The translations under genes were made by a program, and so were the position numbers. Below the pieces are notes generated by a model that worked only from the letters and a program-made list of their open reading frames with translations, did not search any database and was not told where the DNA came from. This document shows, one piece after another, positions 28,563-37,468 of a stretch of DNA of 64,000 bases. This stretch comes from a virus. The stretch spans positions 62,789 through 126,788 of IMG/VR virus record IMGVR_UViG_3300031370_000002; one strand, given 5' to 3'. Numbering within the stretch: the first letter of the stretch is position 1; the number at the start of each line of letters is the position of its first letter.

Positions 28563-29073
28563 TCCAAATTTCCTCGTACTTTGTGTCTACCGGAGAAGTA
28601 GCGCGAATGTGGCGAAAACATTTATGCGATGCGCACTTGTCCTTTCGCTCAAAGCCTACATAAACTTTGCTGCCGTTTTTGTTTTTGCGATACAAAAACA
28701 AATCAATAGGATCTCCCAAATGCCATCCGGGATTGGTGCGCCAGATATGTTGAGAAAGTTCTTTGATTTGATCAAGCGATGGTTCGCTTTCAAATTCGTA
28801 CGCAAAGTAAGGAGTCGCCCACGATTCAGCCACACGCAATGCTGATCTGGTTACATGCTTATAAAAGCCCGGTGTTACTACCGCTGCTATTGTCGCAAGT
28901 AATTGGAGAGGCCACAGGAACAAAGTAAAAATAGGATAAAGAATAATGGCGCGGGCACTGTATTCCTCACGATTAAATAAAAATCTTGCGACAAGCACAT
29001 CGACAAAATCAACCACACAGAAAACGGCTCCGATATAAAAATACACCGCAAGCCATGCTACAAATTCGTGCAT
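28552..29073 (-). CDS. Hypothetical membrane protein
   Basis: Two N-terminal hydrophobic segments. Confidence 0.6.
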   Translation of the reverse strand: MHEFVAWLAVYFYIGAVFCVVDFVDVLVARFLFNREEYSARAIILYPIFTLFLWPLQLLATIAAVVTPGFYKHVTRSALRVAESWATPYFAYEFESEPSLDQIKELSQHIWRTNPGWHLGDPIDLFLYRKNKNGSKVYVGFERKDKCASHKCFRHIRATSPVDTKYEEIWNAG

Positions 29074-29075
29074 AC

Positions 29076-30062
29076 TTATTTCCTCTTTTTACGTGCCGCC
29101 TTAGCAGCTTTACGCGCATTAACTACTTTTGTTTTACGCTTGTGTGTTGGACAGCGTTTCGAGTTTTGTACTTCTTTTTCTCTTTCCCGATCCCGCATGT
29201 ACGCGGCATACTGCGGAGAATACTCAGGAGTGGCTTTCGTCTTTTGTTCAAAAACGATTGGGCCTTTTGCAATAGCAGGCAAGGTAACGTCTGCTTCGAT
29301 AGTTCCGTTTGGTTTGGCTTTCAGATTGGTAAGTATGCCGCCTCCCCAAAATCGCGAAATAGCAGACCAACAGCCAACACTATCAAACGCTCCCATTTCA
29401 TCCAGTATGCCCATTGCTTCCAGTTGTTCCGGACGATACTCAACGTCGCCCATCTTCATGCTGGAAACTTTGAGTTTGTGAATCGCGTCGGTAATGTCTT
29501 TGACTGCCGATGAATCTTCCCACTTTTGCGGTTGCTGGATAGGAACCGAAAGATCAAGTTCCATCGATCCGGATTGTGCATCGTCCGGAACCATACTATG
29601 CAAATAACCTCGACGCACCAAATCACGGCGAAGGAATCCGCTAATATCGCTTTTACCTAACGAGTAAGGATAAGGAATGCTGTCAATTTCAATCATGCCG
29701 CTTTTGTTGATCGTTTTGCCTTTGAAGCCTGCAAGCAAACCTTCAATTGCCTCTTTGCAGATGCCGCTTGTCATGAAAGTTTTTCCCGACCTACGCGCAA
29801 AGCCTAAACTTGCATCCAGAGTCTCTTTCAGATCGTCGCTCATCAGATCATCTTCCATAATAAGTTTTGCATCAATCCAATGGTATTCTGGCTCCGCGAG
29901 AAAATGCAGTTGCTGATTAACAGTCATGCCACGGCGAAAGAACGGTAAGCCATTTGCAACAGTCTCAGGCAAAGGCATTGAAACTAAACGTGCGTAATGC
30001 GCTTGTTTGTCTTCAACTGCTTTCCATAAAGTGTCGTGATTGATCATTTCTTTCTTCTCCAA
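29076..30062 (-). CDS. Hypothetical protein
   Basis: 328 aa with a basic C-tail. Contains a GFARRSGKT P-loop-like stretch of uncertain meaning. Confidence 0.6.
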   Translation of the reverse strand: MEKKEMINHDTLWKAVEDKQAHYARLVSMPLPETVANGLPFFRRGMTVNQQLHFLAEPEYHWIDAKLIMEDDLMSDDLKETLDASLGFARRSGKTFMTSGICKEAIEGLLAGFKGKTINKSGMIEIDSIPYPYSLGKSDISGFLRRDLVRRGYLHSMVPDDAQSGSMELDLSVPIQQPQKWEDSSAVKDITDAIHKLKVSSMKMGDVEYRPEQLEAMGILDEMGAFDSVGCWSAISRFWGGGILTNLKAKPNGTIEADVTLPAIAKGPIVFEQKTKATPEYSPQYAAYMRDREREKEVQNSKRCPTHKRKTKVVNARKAAKAARKKRK

Positions 30063-30439
30063 GATAGTTCGGAAGTTTCAACGCCAGATTCGTAGATACT
30101 CAGGCGTCCTTTGAGTGGGTGTAATTTGCAAGCACGTTGATCCTTTACAGTAAATCCGTATTGCCCGAAAAACCACGGACTATCAAGGGTTTCAACGCAG
30201 TCCGTGATAGTCATACAGCCAACAATACCGCCGCGCTCAAGCTGGTCAATGTTTGGAAGTTTTATTCCCAAATCATCACAGATAAGTTTCGCAGCAGCAT
30301 AATCTTGTTTGTTGATTGACTTGCTTGCGTGAATAAAAATCTTACCGCGAAACTTTGTGCGCCAGTTTCGATTTTCAACATCCTTGTGTCCGTTCGCCAA
30401 CAGCCAAGCAAAAGGTTGTTTAATGCTGATTGCTTTCAT
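30044..30439 (-). CDS. ASCH domain protein
   Basis: MKAISIKQPFAWLLANGHKDVENRNW...RGKIFIHAS...GGIVG...GRLSIY. Confidence 0.9.
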   Translation of the reverse strand: MKAISIKQPFAWLLANGHKDVENRNWRTKFRGKIFIHASKSINKQDYAAAKLICDDLGIKLPNIDQLERGGIVGCMTITDCVETLDSPWFFGQYGFTVKDQRACKLHPLKGRLSIYESGVETSELSWRRKK

Positions 30440-30662
30440 GTGCCACCAGATAGTTTAGTTTGACGCTAAGAGGAATTGAAACTGTTTCGCCGTTGTCAGT
30501 GTAGGCCCAACGTTGAAAGTCCTGAAACTTTGCAGACGGAACAACTTCACGTTTGTTCATGGGGATTTTATGGGATACCCAATCATTCGCACGGCGTACA
30601 CGGTAACGAACGATCTGGAAAACTTCGCCTTCGCGTTTTGCTTCCAGAACAACTTTACTCAT
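30420..30662 (-). CDS. Small hypothetical protein
   Basis: Start moved to the ATG at 30662 (MSKVVLE), which overlaps the lipoprotein stop. Confidence 0.55.
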   Translation of the reverse strand: MSKVVLEAKREGEVFQIVRYRVRRANDWVSHKIPMNKREVVPSAKFQDFQRWAYTDNGETVSIPLSVKLNYLVAHESNQH

Positions 30663-30906
30663 TTGCTGTACCTTCAATTTTAGCTTTTGACATTCGACGA
30701 GTGCCGTCATCGCAGTTATAGATATAGAATCTTTCTGTGCGGCTAGGCATCGCAATAGAAGCGCCGGGAATTTCTGTATCCAGATACTGACCTGTTGGTT
30801 CGCAGTGACCACGCACAATCTGATCCGCGCTGTATTCAGCAGTGCGTTGCGAAGCATCGCATCCAGCCAGTGCAATAACAAACATCAGGGCAATCAGCTT
30901 TTTCAT
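30655..30906 (-). CDS. Small lipoprotein
   Basis: MKKLIALMFVIALAG-C lipobox with Asp at +2 and two further Cys. Confidence 0.8.
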   Translation of the reverse strand: MKKLIALMFVIALAGCDASQRTAEYSADQIVRGHCEPTGQYLDTEIPGASIAMPSRTERFYIYNCDDGTRRMSKAKIEGTANE

Positions 30907-31619
30907 AAGCACGGATCTCCGCAGTTGTTACAACCGCCGTTCCAGTTGCGATCTTCATTGTCGCAGCACGATTCCAGTTCTGGATCAAGATTACCGCACT
31001 GCGTACATTTGCCTTCATCGTAAACCGGATTGGCGCAACACTCATTGCCTGTACGAAGATCAAGTTTAGGTGCCAGAGCGCTATCGCAGATCTGAATACC
31101 TTCCGGAATTTCATCCCGCGATAAATAAATATCTTTCGTGCTCAGAATGCTGGGTACATTGAGGCCCGTATACATATACATTGCCTCGCCTTTGTCCTTG
31201 CTTGACAGGAAGGAACAACTGACAGAAGTCATACCGTAATCTTTACGCAGATTATGAATAAGGATTGGCCAGGCGCGTTTTACGTTCTGGCGTACAAACC
31301 AAAACACGAACGGAGTTTTTACTTTTTCAGTTTTACCGTCACGTACAACGGTTTTGGTTTCGAAACGTTCGCTCACCATTCGACGTGTGCGCTTTGCTTC
31401 CTTTCGTTCTTCTGCCATTATCAGCAGATCGTTGTCTTCTTTCTCAATCTGCTTTTTACGCTCAAGACTTTTCGGATTGAACTTGCGGATATGGCGTTTT
31501 ACGCGTTTGAGATCGTCGATAAAATGGTTCCCGTCTGCATGTTTTTCTGCAAACTGCATCAGGATTTCCAGCATATCCGGATCAATCGAAACGTGGTTCT
31601 TGTCGAGGTTCTTTTGCAT
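30903..31619 (-). CDS. Hypothetical protein with Cys-rich C-terminal repeats
   Basis: Two tandem CC-x(n)-CxxCG units at the C-terminus. Confidence 0.6.
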   Translation of the reverse strand: MQKNLDKNHVSIDPDMLEILMQFAEKHADGNHFIDDLKRVKRHIRKFNPKSLERKKQIEKEDNDLLIMAEERKEAKRTRRMVSERFETKTVVRDGKTEKVKTPFVFWFVRQNVKRAWPILIHNLRKDYGMTSVSCSFLSSKDKGEAMYMYTGLNVPSILSTKDIYLSRDEIPEGIQICDSALAPKLDLRTGNECCANPVYDEGKCTQCGNLDPELESCCDNEDRNWNGGCNNCGDPCL

Positions 31620-31791
31620 TTTTGCGCTTCCTGAAAAAGACGAAGAAAAAGATCATGAACAAAGCGAACAGACCTGCATTGGTTCCTGTCGCTTTGTATG
31701 CGTTGTTTGTTGCGTCCATAACAAGCCAGCCGATGAAAAACGAGATTGCATAAGACGGGATGCAGAACAGAAGAAACATAAAAACTTTCAT
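31582..31791 (-). CDS. Small two-TM membrane protein
   Basis: 69 aa with two hydrophobic segments and a basic tail. Confidence 0.6.
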   Translation of the reverse strand: MKVFMFLLFCIPSYAISFFIGWLVMDATNNAYKATGTNAGLFALFMIFFFVFFRKRKNAKEPRQEPRFD

Positions 31792-32171
31792 TAGTTGCCG
31801 TAATCCAGTTTGACTAAAACGTTGCGTGAGTTGTATCCGAAGTTTTCCGGTTTGGGATCGTCCATATAAAAATCACGCGGTAGGTGCTGCTTAGAACAAA
31901 GCACTTCAAGCTCAGTAAAGAACAGGCCACGGTTATTTACCGGGCGCACACGTTCTTGAATGTTCAAGAGTCCAAAGCGATTCGCATAAAACGTTTTCGC
32001 AATGGGTGCTTTATCTTGAAAGCAAATGTACTGACGTTCATTCAGATTAGCGCGGATACCCTCGATAAACATTGGATAGTTATAATGAAGGCAAGGAATC
32101 TTGATAGCATATTTACCGATCAAAATAACAGTTCGAGTACAGCCATTACGACAAACTTTGAATTTTACCAT
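31791..32171 (-). CDS. Minimal protein-kinase-like protein
   Basis: GCTRTV loop, YAIKIP (beta3 Lys), NLNE, DPKPEN (DxKxxN) and LDYG (DFG-like). Confidence 0.65.
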   Translation of the reverse strand: MVKFKVCRNGCTRTVILIGKYAIKIPCLHYNYPMFIEGIRANLNERQYICFQDKAPIAKTFYANRFGLLNIQERVRPVNNRGLFFTELEVLCSKQHLPRDFYMDDPKPENFGYNSRNVLVKLDYGN

Positions 32172-32743
32172 TCGACTTTTACGTTTGGAGTTATTGCAAC
32201 TTGAAAAAGCTCATCCGGATATTCAGTAGCAGCAAAAGGCATACGTGACTGCCAATCTGCAACGCGCTCGTTAGTAAAACTTTCGAACGATTGATCTGCA
32301 TGAGCAACGTGTAGCAGCGAACCGGAACCTGATTTGTGCATCCAGAATTCCATATAGCCTGATTTGGTTTCGCCATAAACAAGCATATCATCGAACAGAT
32401 GAGTGCGAATCTTTTTGTGAATCGCTGCCTGCATAGTTAAGAAACCTGCCGCTGCCTGATACTGCATTTGGGGATTCTTCAACTTCTCGATCAAGTCTGG
32501 TGAAATTTCAGGAACCATGTCACCGTTAACAAAAGCACGAAGCCATCGACCGTTGTCGTCTGCAATAATACGGCTCTCAACTTCAAAACCGTAATAGGGC
32601 ATCAAGTAAGCCTGACGCAAAGTTACGTGTTTCATTAAACATGACAGAGTTTCAACAGGCACGTTTTTGATTTCAATTCCAAGCGGGAAAGCATGTTGCA
32701 TGAAATCTTCAAAGTACCCAAACTCTGCTACGTTTCGTTCCAA
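32165..32743 (-). CDS. Hypothetical protein
   Basis: TTG start with a strong AAGGAGG RBS. Confidence 0.65.
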   Translation of the reverse strand: MERNVAEFGYFEDFMQHAFPLGIEIKNVPVETLSCLMKHVTLRQAYLMPYYGFEVESRIIADDNGRWLRAFVNGDMVPEISPDLIEKLKNPQMQYQAAAGFLTMQAAIHKKIRTHLFDDMLVYGETKSGYMEFWMHKSGSGSLLHVAHADQSFESFTNERVADWQSRMPFAATEYPDELFQVAITPNVKVEW

Positions 32744-32760
32744 AATTTCCTCCTTATGTG

Positions 32761-32798
32761 AAAATAGGCCACAAGCCGGAATAGCCTGTAGCCTATTT
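32761..32798 (-). terminator. Long hairpin/terminator (copy 1 of a family)
   Basis: Minus strand AAATAGGCTACAGGCT-ATTCC-GGCTTGTGGCCTATTT followed by T. Confidence 0.7.
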
Positions 32799-32803
32799 AT
32801 TAT

Positions 32804-33271
32804 TTACAGTTTTGGAAATCTACGTCTACAGTCTTCACGGAAACTGCTTATGTCCTGCGCCGCACGGCGATCTGCGTGACCTGCCGGTAAAGTTTCGGAA
32901 TAGCCATTAACGTGAACTCTGAGATAACGCGCAGCTTCTACCATTTGCGGAAATTCACACATCCAATGTTCCAGTGTGCGAACTTCTTGCTGAAAACGAT
33001 GTTCACGATAAATACGATCTTTGTCTTGCTGGTTCAGACAATGATATGCGATGCGACCGATAGAATAGCGAACCGATTTCAGAAAAGAAGCAATGCGCTT
33101 CTTGCCTTGTGGCACACTTTCCATCTTGTCGCTGTAGCCGCTGTATTTATGTTTGTCGCAATTGGCACAACGCCATTCACTACGCGCATAGTTTGCTTCG
33201 TCGCCATGAATGGTACGAAAGCGATTCCAGTTTTCATGCGTACAGAAAAGACGCTTCTTCAACGCGCCCAT
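32804..33271 (-). CDS. Hypothetical protein with N-terminal zinc-ribbon-like motif
   Basis: FCTHEN...WRCANCDK. Confidence 0.6.
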   Translation of the reverse strand: MGALKKRLFCTHENWNRFRTIHGDEANYARSEWRCANCDKHKYSGYSDKMESVPQGKKRIASFLKSVRYSIGRIAYHCLNQQDKDRIYREHRFQQEVRTLEHWMCEFPQMVEAARYLRVHVNGYSETLPAGHADRRAAQDISSFREDCRRRFPKL

Positions 33272-33280
33272 AAAACTTCC

Positions 33281-33667
33281 TTAGCCAATGAGCAACTTGC
33301 CTTTGTGAATATCAACATCAGGCAATGGCCCGTCTGCAATAATCACAGCAGCTTTGTTGTCTCTGCGGATTGCCAACAGTGTTCCGGGCATCAAAAGAAT
33401 ATCCGCGCCGTCGATTTGTGCTTTCATTACCAGATAGTCATAGCCATACACAACGTGCTTAGCATCACCAGCAGGAAAAATCTTTTTGCACACTTCGAGG
33501 ATTCGATCACGCGTTACGCTTTCAGGTTCGGAACGTTTCAACACAACAAACAGGCCACCATTTTCCGGGCCTGTCGCCAACATTTCCAGATAGTTAAAGC
33601 GAAAGACTGCAACAAAGTCAGACGCTTTATGATTAACTGGATCGTATTCAGGCATCTTGTTCGGCAT
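33281..33667 (-). CDS. Hypothetical protein
   Basis: 128 aa in the co-oriented cluster. Confidence 0.6.
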   Translation of the reverse strand: MPNKMPEYDPVNHKASDFVAVFRFNYLEMLATGPENGGLFVVLKRSEPESVTRDRILEVCKKIFPAGDAKHVVYGYDYLVMKAQIDGADILLMPGTLLAIRRDNKAAVIIADGPLPDVDIHKGKLLIG

Positions 33668-34013
33668 CTTCGCTCACCAGTTCGTAAATTTCAAAATCGA
33701 ACGCAAACAGATCGCCCTGTGAAGGAGTCCACGGGAAAACTTTGTTTTGCGTAGTTTTCAAAACTGCGAATGGTGATAACGTTCCGTCTGCGTCGGCGTT
33801 GTTGTCTGCCATGCGGAAATACGGATTCTGCGGAACAGCATCAGGTGCATCACTCGGATGTGGTGCCTGCGGGAAAATTACACGCACGTACTGATTAGCG
33901 CCGTTCCATCCTGTGCGTGAAAGCACGTACTTATGTTTGGTAGCGTCACCAGAAATAAGTTTGTTCCACGCGGAACCGAAATCAAGATTGCTTTGAATCA
34001 GATTCTTTTTCAT
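33648..34013 (-). CDS. tad2: Tad2-like (DUF2829) anti-defence sponge protein
   Basis: DFGSAW, LSRTGWNG-NQY, LKTTQNKVFPWTPSQGDLFAFDFEI signature. Start moved to the ATG at 34013 with RBS GGAG. Confidence 0.8.
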   Translation of the reverse strand: MKKNLIQSNLDFGSAWNKLISGDATKHKYVLSRTGWNGANQYVRVIFPQAPHPSDAPDAVPQNPYFRMADNNADADGTLSPFAVLKTTQNKVFPWTPSQGDLFAFDFEIYELVSEDAEQDA

Positions 34014-34702
34014 TGTCTCTCCAGTTTGTTCAGAACAGGCGCGTCTACTTCCACTTCTTCCCAACCGCCGATTGGCTGAATAAATGCCGCATCAACACAG
34101 TCGATAGAATGCTTCACGTAGCGCTCATAAATGGTATCGAAAGCAGACGTACCGCGATACTGATCGCAGTCCAGACTTACGTGATAACGAACGCGCCCTT
34201 CGAAATAAGTTACGCCCCAAATCAAAACAGGAATCGCAAACGGATTGTAGTTTTCGATTTCGGAACTAAAGTCCAGCTTAACCAGATCGCCAACCTGAAT
34301 ATGCGTACCCGGTAAAACAGGGAAGGAATTTTGAAGCGGGTTATCAATTCCCGTGTGTCGGAAATATTTCAACAGACGCTGGTCAACGTTTTGCAATGGC
34401 GTTGCGCTGTGAAACTCACGCACGGTAACATCGTCATTGCTTGCGCTGATCGCCATTGCAACATTGCACGTAATGCCTTCGGTAGAAAACTGCACGGCTT
34501 CAACGCGTCCGAATGGTTCCTCTTTATCAAAGAAGTCCAAACGTAATTCAGCGTGTTCGCCAATAGCAAATGCGCTGCTATAGCTGGTATGCTCTTTGTG
34601 TTTAGCAACCTTCACTTTAGCAGTGGAAATTGCTGCACCGAAAGTTTCGGGAGTTGCTTTTGCTACAGCTTCGTTTGCTTTTTGCAGAGTTTTAGATTTC
34701 AT
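34010..34702 (-). CDS. Hypothetical protein with C-terminal SH3/KOW-like domain
   Basis: IQVGDLVKL...IWGVTYFEGRVRYHVSL, similar to the domains in 41626-42372. Confidence 0.55.
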   Translation of the reverse strand: MKSKTLQKANEAVAKATPETFGAAISTAKVKVAKHKEHTSYSSAFAIGEHAELRLDFFDKEEPFGRVEAVQFSTEGITCNVAMAISASNDDVTVREFHSATPLQNVDQRLLKYFRHTGIDNPLQNSFPVLPGTHIQVGDLVKLDFSSEIENYNPFAIPVLIWGVTYFEGRVRYHVSLDCDQYRGTSAFDTIYERYVKHSIDCVDAAFIQPIGGWEEVEVDAPVLNKLERQ

Positions 34703-34766
34703 TTCTCGTTCCTTTTATTGGAAGTAGGCTATCGAACTTTTGAACGATAGCACTAGGGTTATGATC

Positions 34767-35465
34767 CTAACTGTTATACAAATCGCGAAGGATCAATTCA
34801 CGATTCGCGTACAAACGTGGGAACAAAGTTTCCTTCACGTAAGATTCAAAAACACTTAACAGCTTATGATCGTGACAGCGTAAAATCAGACCGCCCAATT
34901 TCTCAGCCATTTCCTGATTACGGAATGACAGATGCGCCGCCGATTCAAGAACACGCTCAGGCTGGTGAGGGAACATTATCAAACGACCGCCATCGTTCAC
35001 ATAAGTTTTATCCAGTTCCGTTAACCACGCCATTGCTTCTACCTGCAACATGTCCTCAGCCATTTTGACTAATGTCTCAGGCGAGAATCCGTGGCGTCCG
35101 TTTGGATCGTAAAAGTAATTCACGTTCAACGTATTCGCCCACTTAGGCAAAGAACGCGGCATTTCTTTTTCCGGATCAGGCGTATACTCATCGCAAGCAG
35201 AAACAAAACTATCTGCAAGTTTGTGTGCGTACGCCAAACGATCCTGAAACTCAAGCGAGTATTCCAGATGTTTAGGAATGTTGAACTTGAAACTTTGAAT
35301 GGCATTGTTCAGCAGCATCATGTGGTGAGCTTCATGATTCGCTTTATAGTTCGGCTGGATTGGAATCAGCGGTTTGTTTTCCGCAACACAATTCAGGTTC
35401 CACAAATACCAAAACAAAGTCTCAAGCTGTTGCCTGTGCATGGTTCGAAAATTTAAGGTTGCCAT
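34767..35465 (-). CDS. Hypothetical protein
   Basis: Start moved to the ATG at 35465 with RBS AGGAG. Confidence 0.6.
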   Translation of the reverse strand: MATLNFRTMHRQQLETLFWYLWNLNCVAENKPLIPIQPNYKANHEAHHMMLLNNAIQSFKFNIPKHLEYSLEFQDRLAYAHKLADSFVSACDEYTPDPEKEMPRSLPKWANTLNVNYFYDPNGRHGFSPETLVKMAEDMLQVEAMAWLTELDKTYVNDGGRLIMFPHQPERVLESAAHLSFRNQEMAEKLGGLILRCHDHKLLSVFESYVKETLFPRLYANRELILRDLYNS

Positions 35466-35770
35466 TTGGAATCTCCTAAAAAGGAAGCGCACTTGTCAGC
35501 AATAGCAGCGTAAACTTCATCTGCATTTTTACCAGACTCTAATGCTTCCGCTTGAGCATTACAGCGAATTGTTTCGCTGTTGAACCAGAGAATTTCTTTC
35601 AGATAAGTTTCCGGTTCCTCGTTTTTCAACGTAGGGAAAGTTTGACCGCGTGGATCAGTTCGCAGCCCTGCTTGTGCTTTGGCAGAGTCAAGCCTCATGT
35701 GAGCACGATCAAAACGTCCAGAAGCCTCAAGCACACGCCGCCACAGTTCCGGATATTTAGTCTGTGACAT
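35453..35770 (-). CDS. Hypothetical protein
   Basis: 105 aa, overlapping both neighbours. Confidence 0.55.
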   Translation of the reverse strand: MSQTKYPELWRRVLEASGRFDRAHMRLDSAKAQAGLRTDPRGQTFPTLKNEEPETYLKEILWFNSETIRCNAQAEALESGKNADEVYAAIADKCASFLGDSKWQP

Positions 35771-36452
35771 TCTCAGGCAATCCTTTTTCTTTGCGATAAC
35801 TGATACTCAGAACTTTCATCTGCACTTCGTCAAAGCATTCGCGCAGAAGAGTTGAGTAGTCTTGGAACGTTTCCGAATCGAACACAACTTTTTTGTATTC
35901 TGACCCGTGTTCCGCATCCACCAAACGCAGCTTAATGTTTTCAGTGATAGCCGCGTAAAAGAAAAAGTTCTTTGGCAAAAACATCCGGAAGAAAGTGCCG
36001 TTTGGATAAGCCGTAAGAATATCGGCATACGCAACTTCTTTCGGATTTTCGTTCAGCGTAGGCATACGGCCTAACATCACCAGCGCTGTTGCGTCAAAGA
36101 ACGCTTCACGCTCAAGCAGCAAACGGGCTTCATGGTTGAATGCACGAAACGCTTCGCCTTCTGTGACAGGACTGTTGCCTTCGACAACTGGCAGATAAAC
36201 TTCACCGCGTCCGGGATTTCGAATTTCGAGATCAAACGGGTTGTTGCTCAGAGTCGCAGTAAGCGCCATCGCAATCAGTTCACCGAATTCATAGCGTTGT
36301 TTGCTTCCGGTAAAATGCTGCGGGTATTTGATCCAAACGCACTGAGAGTCAACGTTGAATTTCAATTCTTTCTCTTTTGCTTTTTCACATAAGAGTTGAA
36401 TCACCTTCATCGTGTGCGCCACTGTTTGGCTTTTCATTTCCTGTCTGTTCAT
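35757..36452 (-). CDS. Hypothetical protein
   Basis: Start uncertain (ATG at 36452 or TTG at 36461). RBS GGAG. Confidence 0.6.
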   Translation of the reverse strand: MNRQEMKSQTVAHTMKVIQLLCEKAKEKELKFNVDSQCVWIKYPQHFTGSKQRYEFGELIAMALTATLSNNPFDLEIRNPGRGEVYLPVVEGNSPVTEGEAFRAFNHEARLLLEREAFFDATALVMLGRMPTLNENPKEVAYADILTAYPNGTFFRMFLPKNFFFYAAITENIKLRLVDAEHGSEYKKVVFDSETFQDYSTLLRECFDEVQMKVLSISYRKEKGLPENVTD

Positions 36453-36858
36453 TTGCTTCAATCTCCACTAACTCAGCAACAGAGCCTTCGCCTGTCTTTT
36501 GGATGAATAAGCCAACGCGCTTGTACGCACGGAGAGCTTTGCTTAAAGGTTCGTACGTTTCGCCTTCCGACAGTTCAATACTAACAACGTTACGACCCAT
36601 TTTGAAATCGGCCCACTGTTCCGACAGAAACTCATTGTGGGATTCTTCCAGACGCATAGGAACATAAATTTCCTTCACGTCATTTGCAGTAACAAGAATC
36701 GCCGCCAGTTCGCCCAACACAAACAGGCGATTGGAAATATAGCGAGACTCTAAACTGTTTTTCTCACCCAGCGCAATGTTGATCGAATCTACGCCGTCTG
36801 TTTTGCCTGCGCGAACAGGCATGTCGAACTTGTCGCCATAAAACAATTTTACTGACAT
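36385..36858 (-). CDS. Hypothetical protein
   Basis: 157 aa with RBS AAGGG upstream. Confidence 0.6.
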   Translation of the reverse strand: MSVKLFYGDKFDMPVRAGKTDGVDSINIALGEKNSLESRYISNRLFVLGELAAILVTANDVKEIYVPMRLEESHNEFLSEQWADFKMGRNVVSIELSEGETYEPLSKALRAYKRVGLFIQKTGEGSVAELVEIEANEQTGNEKPNSGAHDEGDSTLM

Positions 36859-36868
36859 AAATTATCCC

Positions 36869-37036
36869 TTACTTTTTGAAGATCTTTTTACGCACCAGCA
36901 GCATAATGATCAGTGCGATGATTGCGGCACTGATTGCCGGAATTTTGGTAATCGCTGCGCACACCAGAACAAACGCGCCAACAATAACGCAAGCAGCCAG
37001 CAGCAAAAGAAACAGAAACGCGGTGCAAATATCCAT
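36869..37036 (-). CDS. 55-aa highly hydrophobic two-TM protein (missing from the ORF track)
   Basis: Translated by hand: MDICTAFLFLLLLAACVIVGAFVLVCAAITKIPAISAAIIALIIMLLVRKKIFKK. TGATG overlap with the GNAT stop. Confidence 0.75.
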   Translation of the reverse strand: MDICTAFLFLLLLAACVIVGAFVLVCAAITKIPAISAAIIALIIMLLVRKKIFKK

Positions 37037-37422
37037 CAGGGTTTTCTCAACGTAGTATATGTGTGCGAATGATAAGTTTTATGTTTTTCGGTGAAGCCAT
37101 GTTTTTGGTACAACGCGAATGCTACTGTGTTGTCCTCATAGCAGCAAACGTAATCAGCAACAGAAGAATATCTTTCCAACAACTGATTGGCTATTCCTAA
37201 GTTTCTGTAATAAGACAAAACAAAGAGACTTGAAAGTTCACGCTGTGCGCCGTCTATCGCAATGTATCCGGCAAAGTTGTTATCAACGTATGCTCCATAT
37301 ACTTTACAGAACATAGAAAGAGTCCGAGCATCGTCGAACTTTTGCAGTTCGCTATGAGTGCGAAACTCTATCAAAAGTTCTGTGTCCGTAACTTCTCTGA
37401 AACTCAACTGAGCATCAGGCAT
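37036..37422 (-). CDS. GNAT-family acetyltransferase
   Basis: ELSSLFVLSYYRNLGIANQLL (motif A) and NTVAFALYQKHGF (motif B). Start moved to the ATG at 37422. Confidence 0.85.
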   Translation of the reverse strand: MPDAQLSFREVTDTELLIEFRTHSELQKFDDARTLSMFCKVYGAYVDNNFAGYIAIDGAQRELSSLFVLSYYRNLGIANQLLERYSSVADYVCCYEDNTVAFALYQKHGFTEKHKTYHSHTYTTLRKP

Positions 37423-37433
37423 CACAATCTCCA

Positions 37434-37459
37434 AAGGGATAGAAGTTTCTCTATCCCTT
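37434..37459 (-). terminator. Hairpin abutting the GNAT RBS (weak U-tract)
   Basis: AAGGGATAG-AGAAACTT-CTATCCCTT. Confidence 0.55.
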
Positions 37460-37468
37460 ATTTACAGA

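Noticed and set aside
32912-33754. 280-aa plus-strand ORF
   Set aside because: Antisense across three coupled minus genes. Composition is typical of shadow frames.
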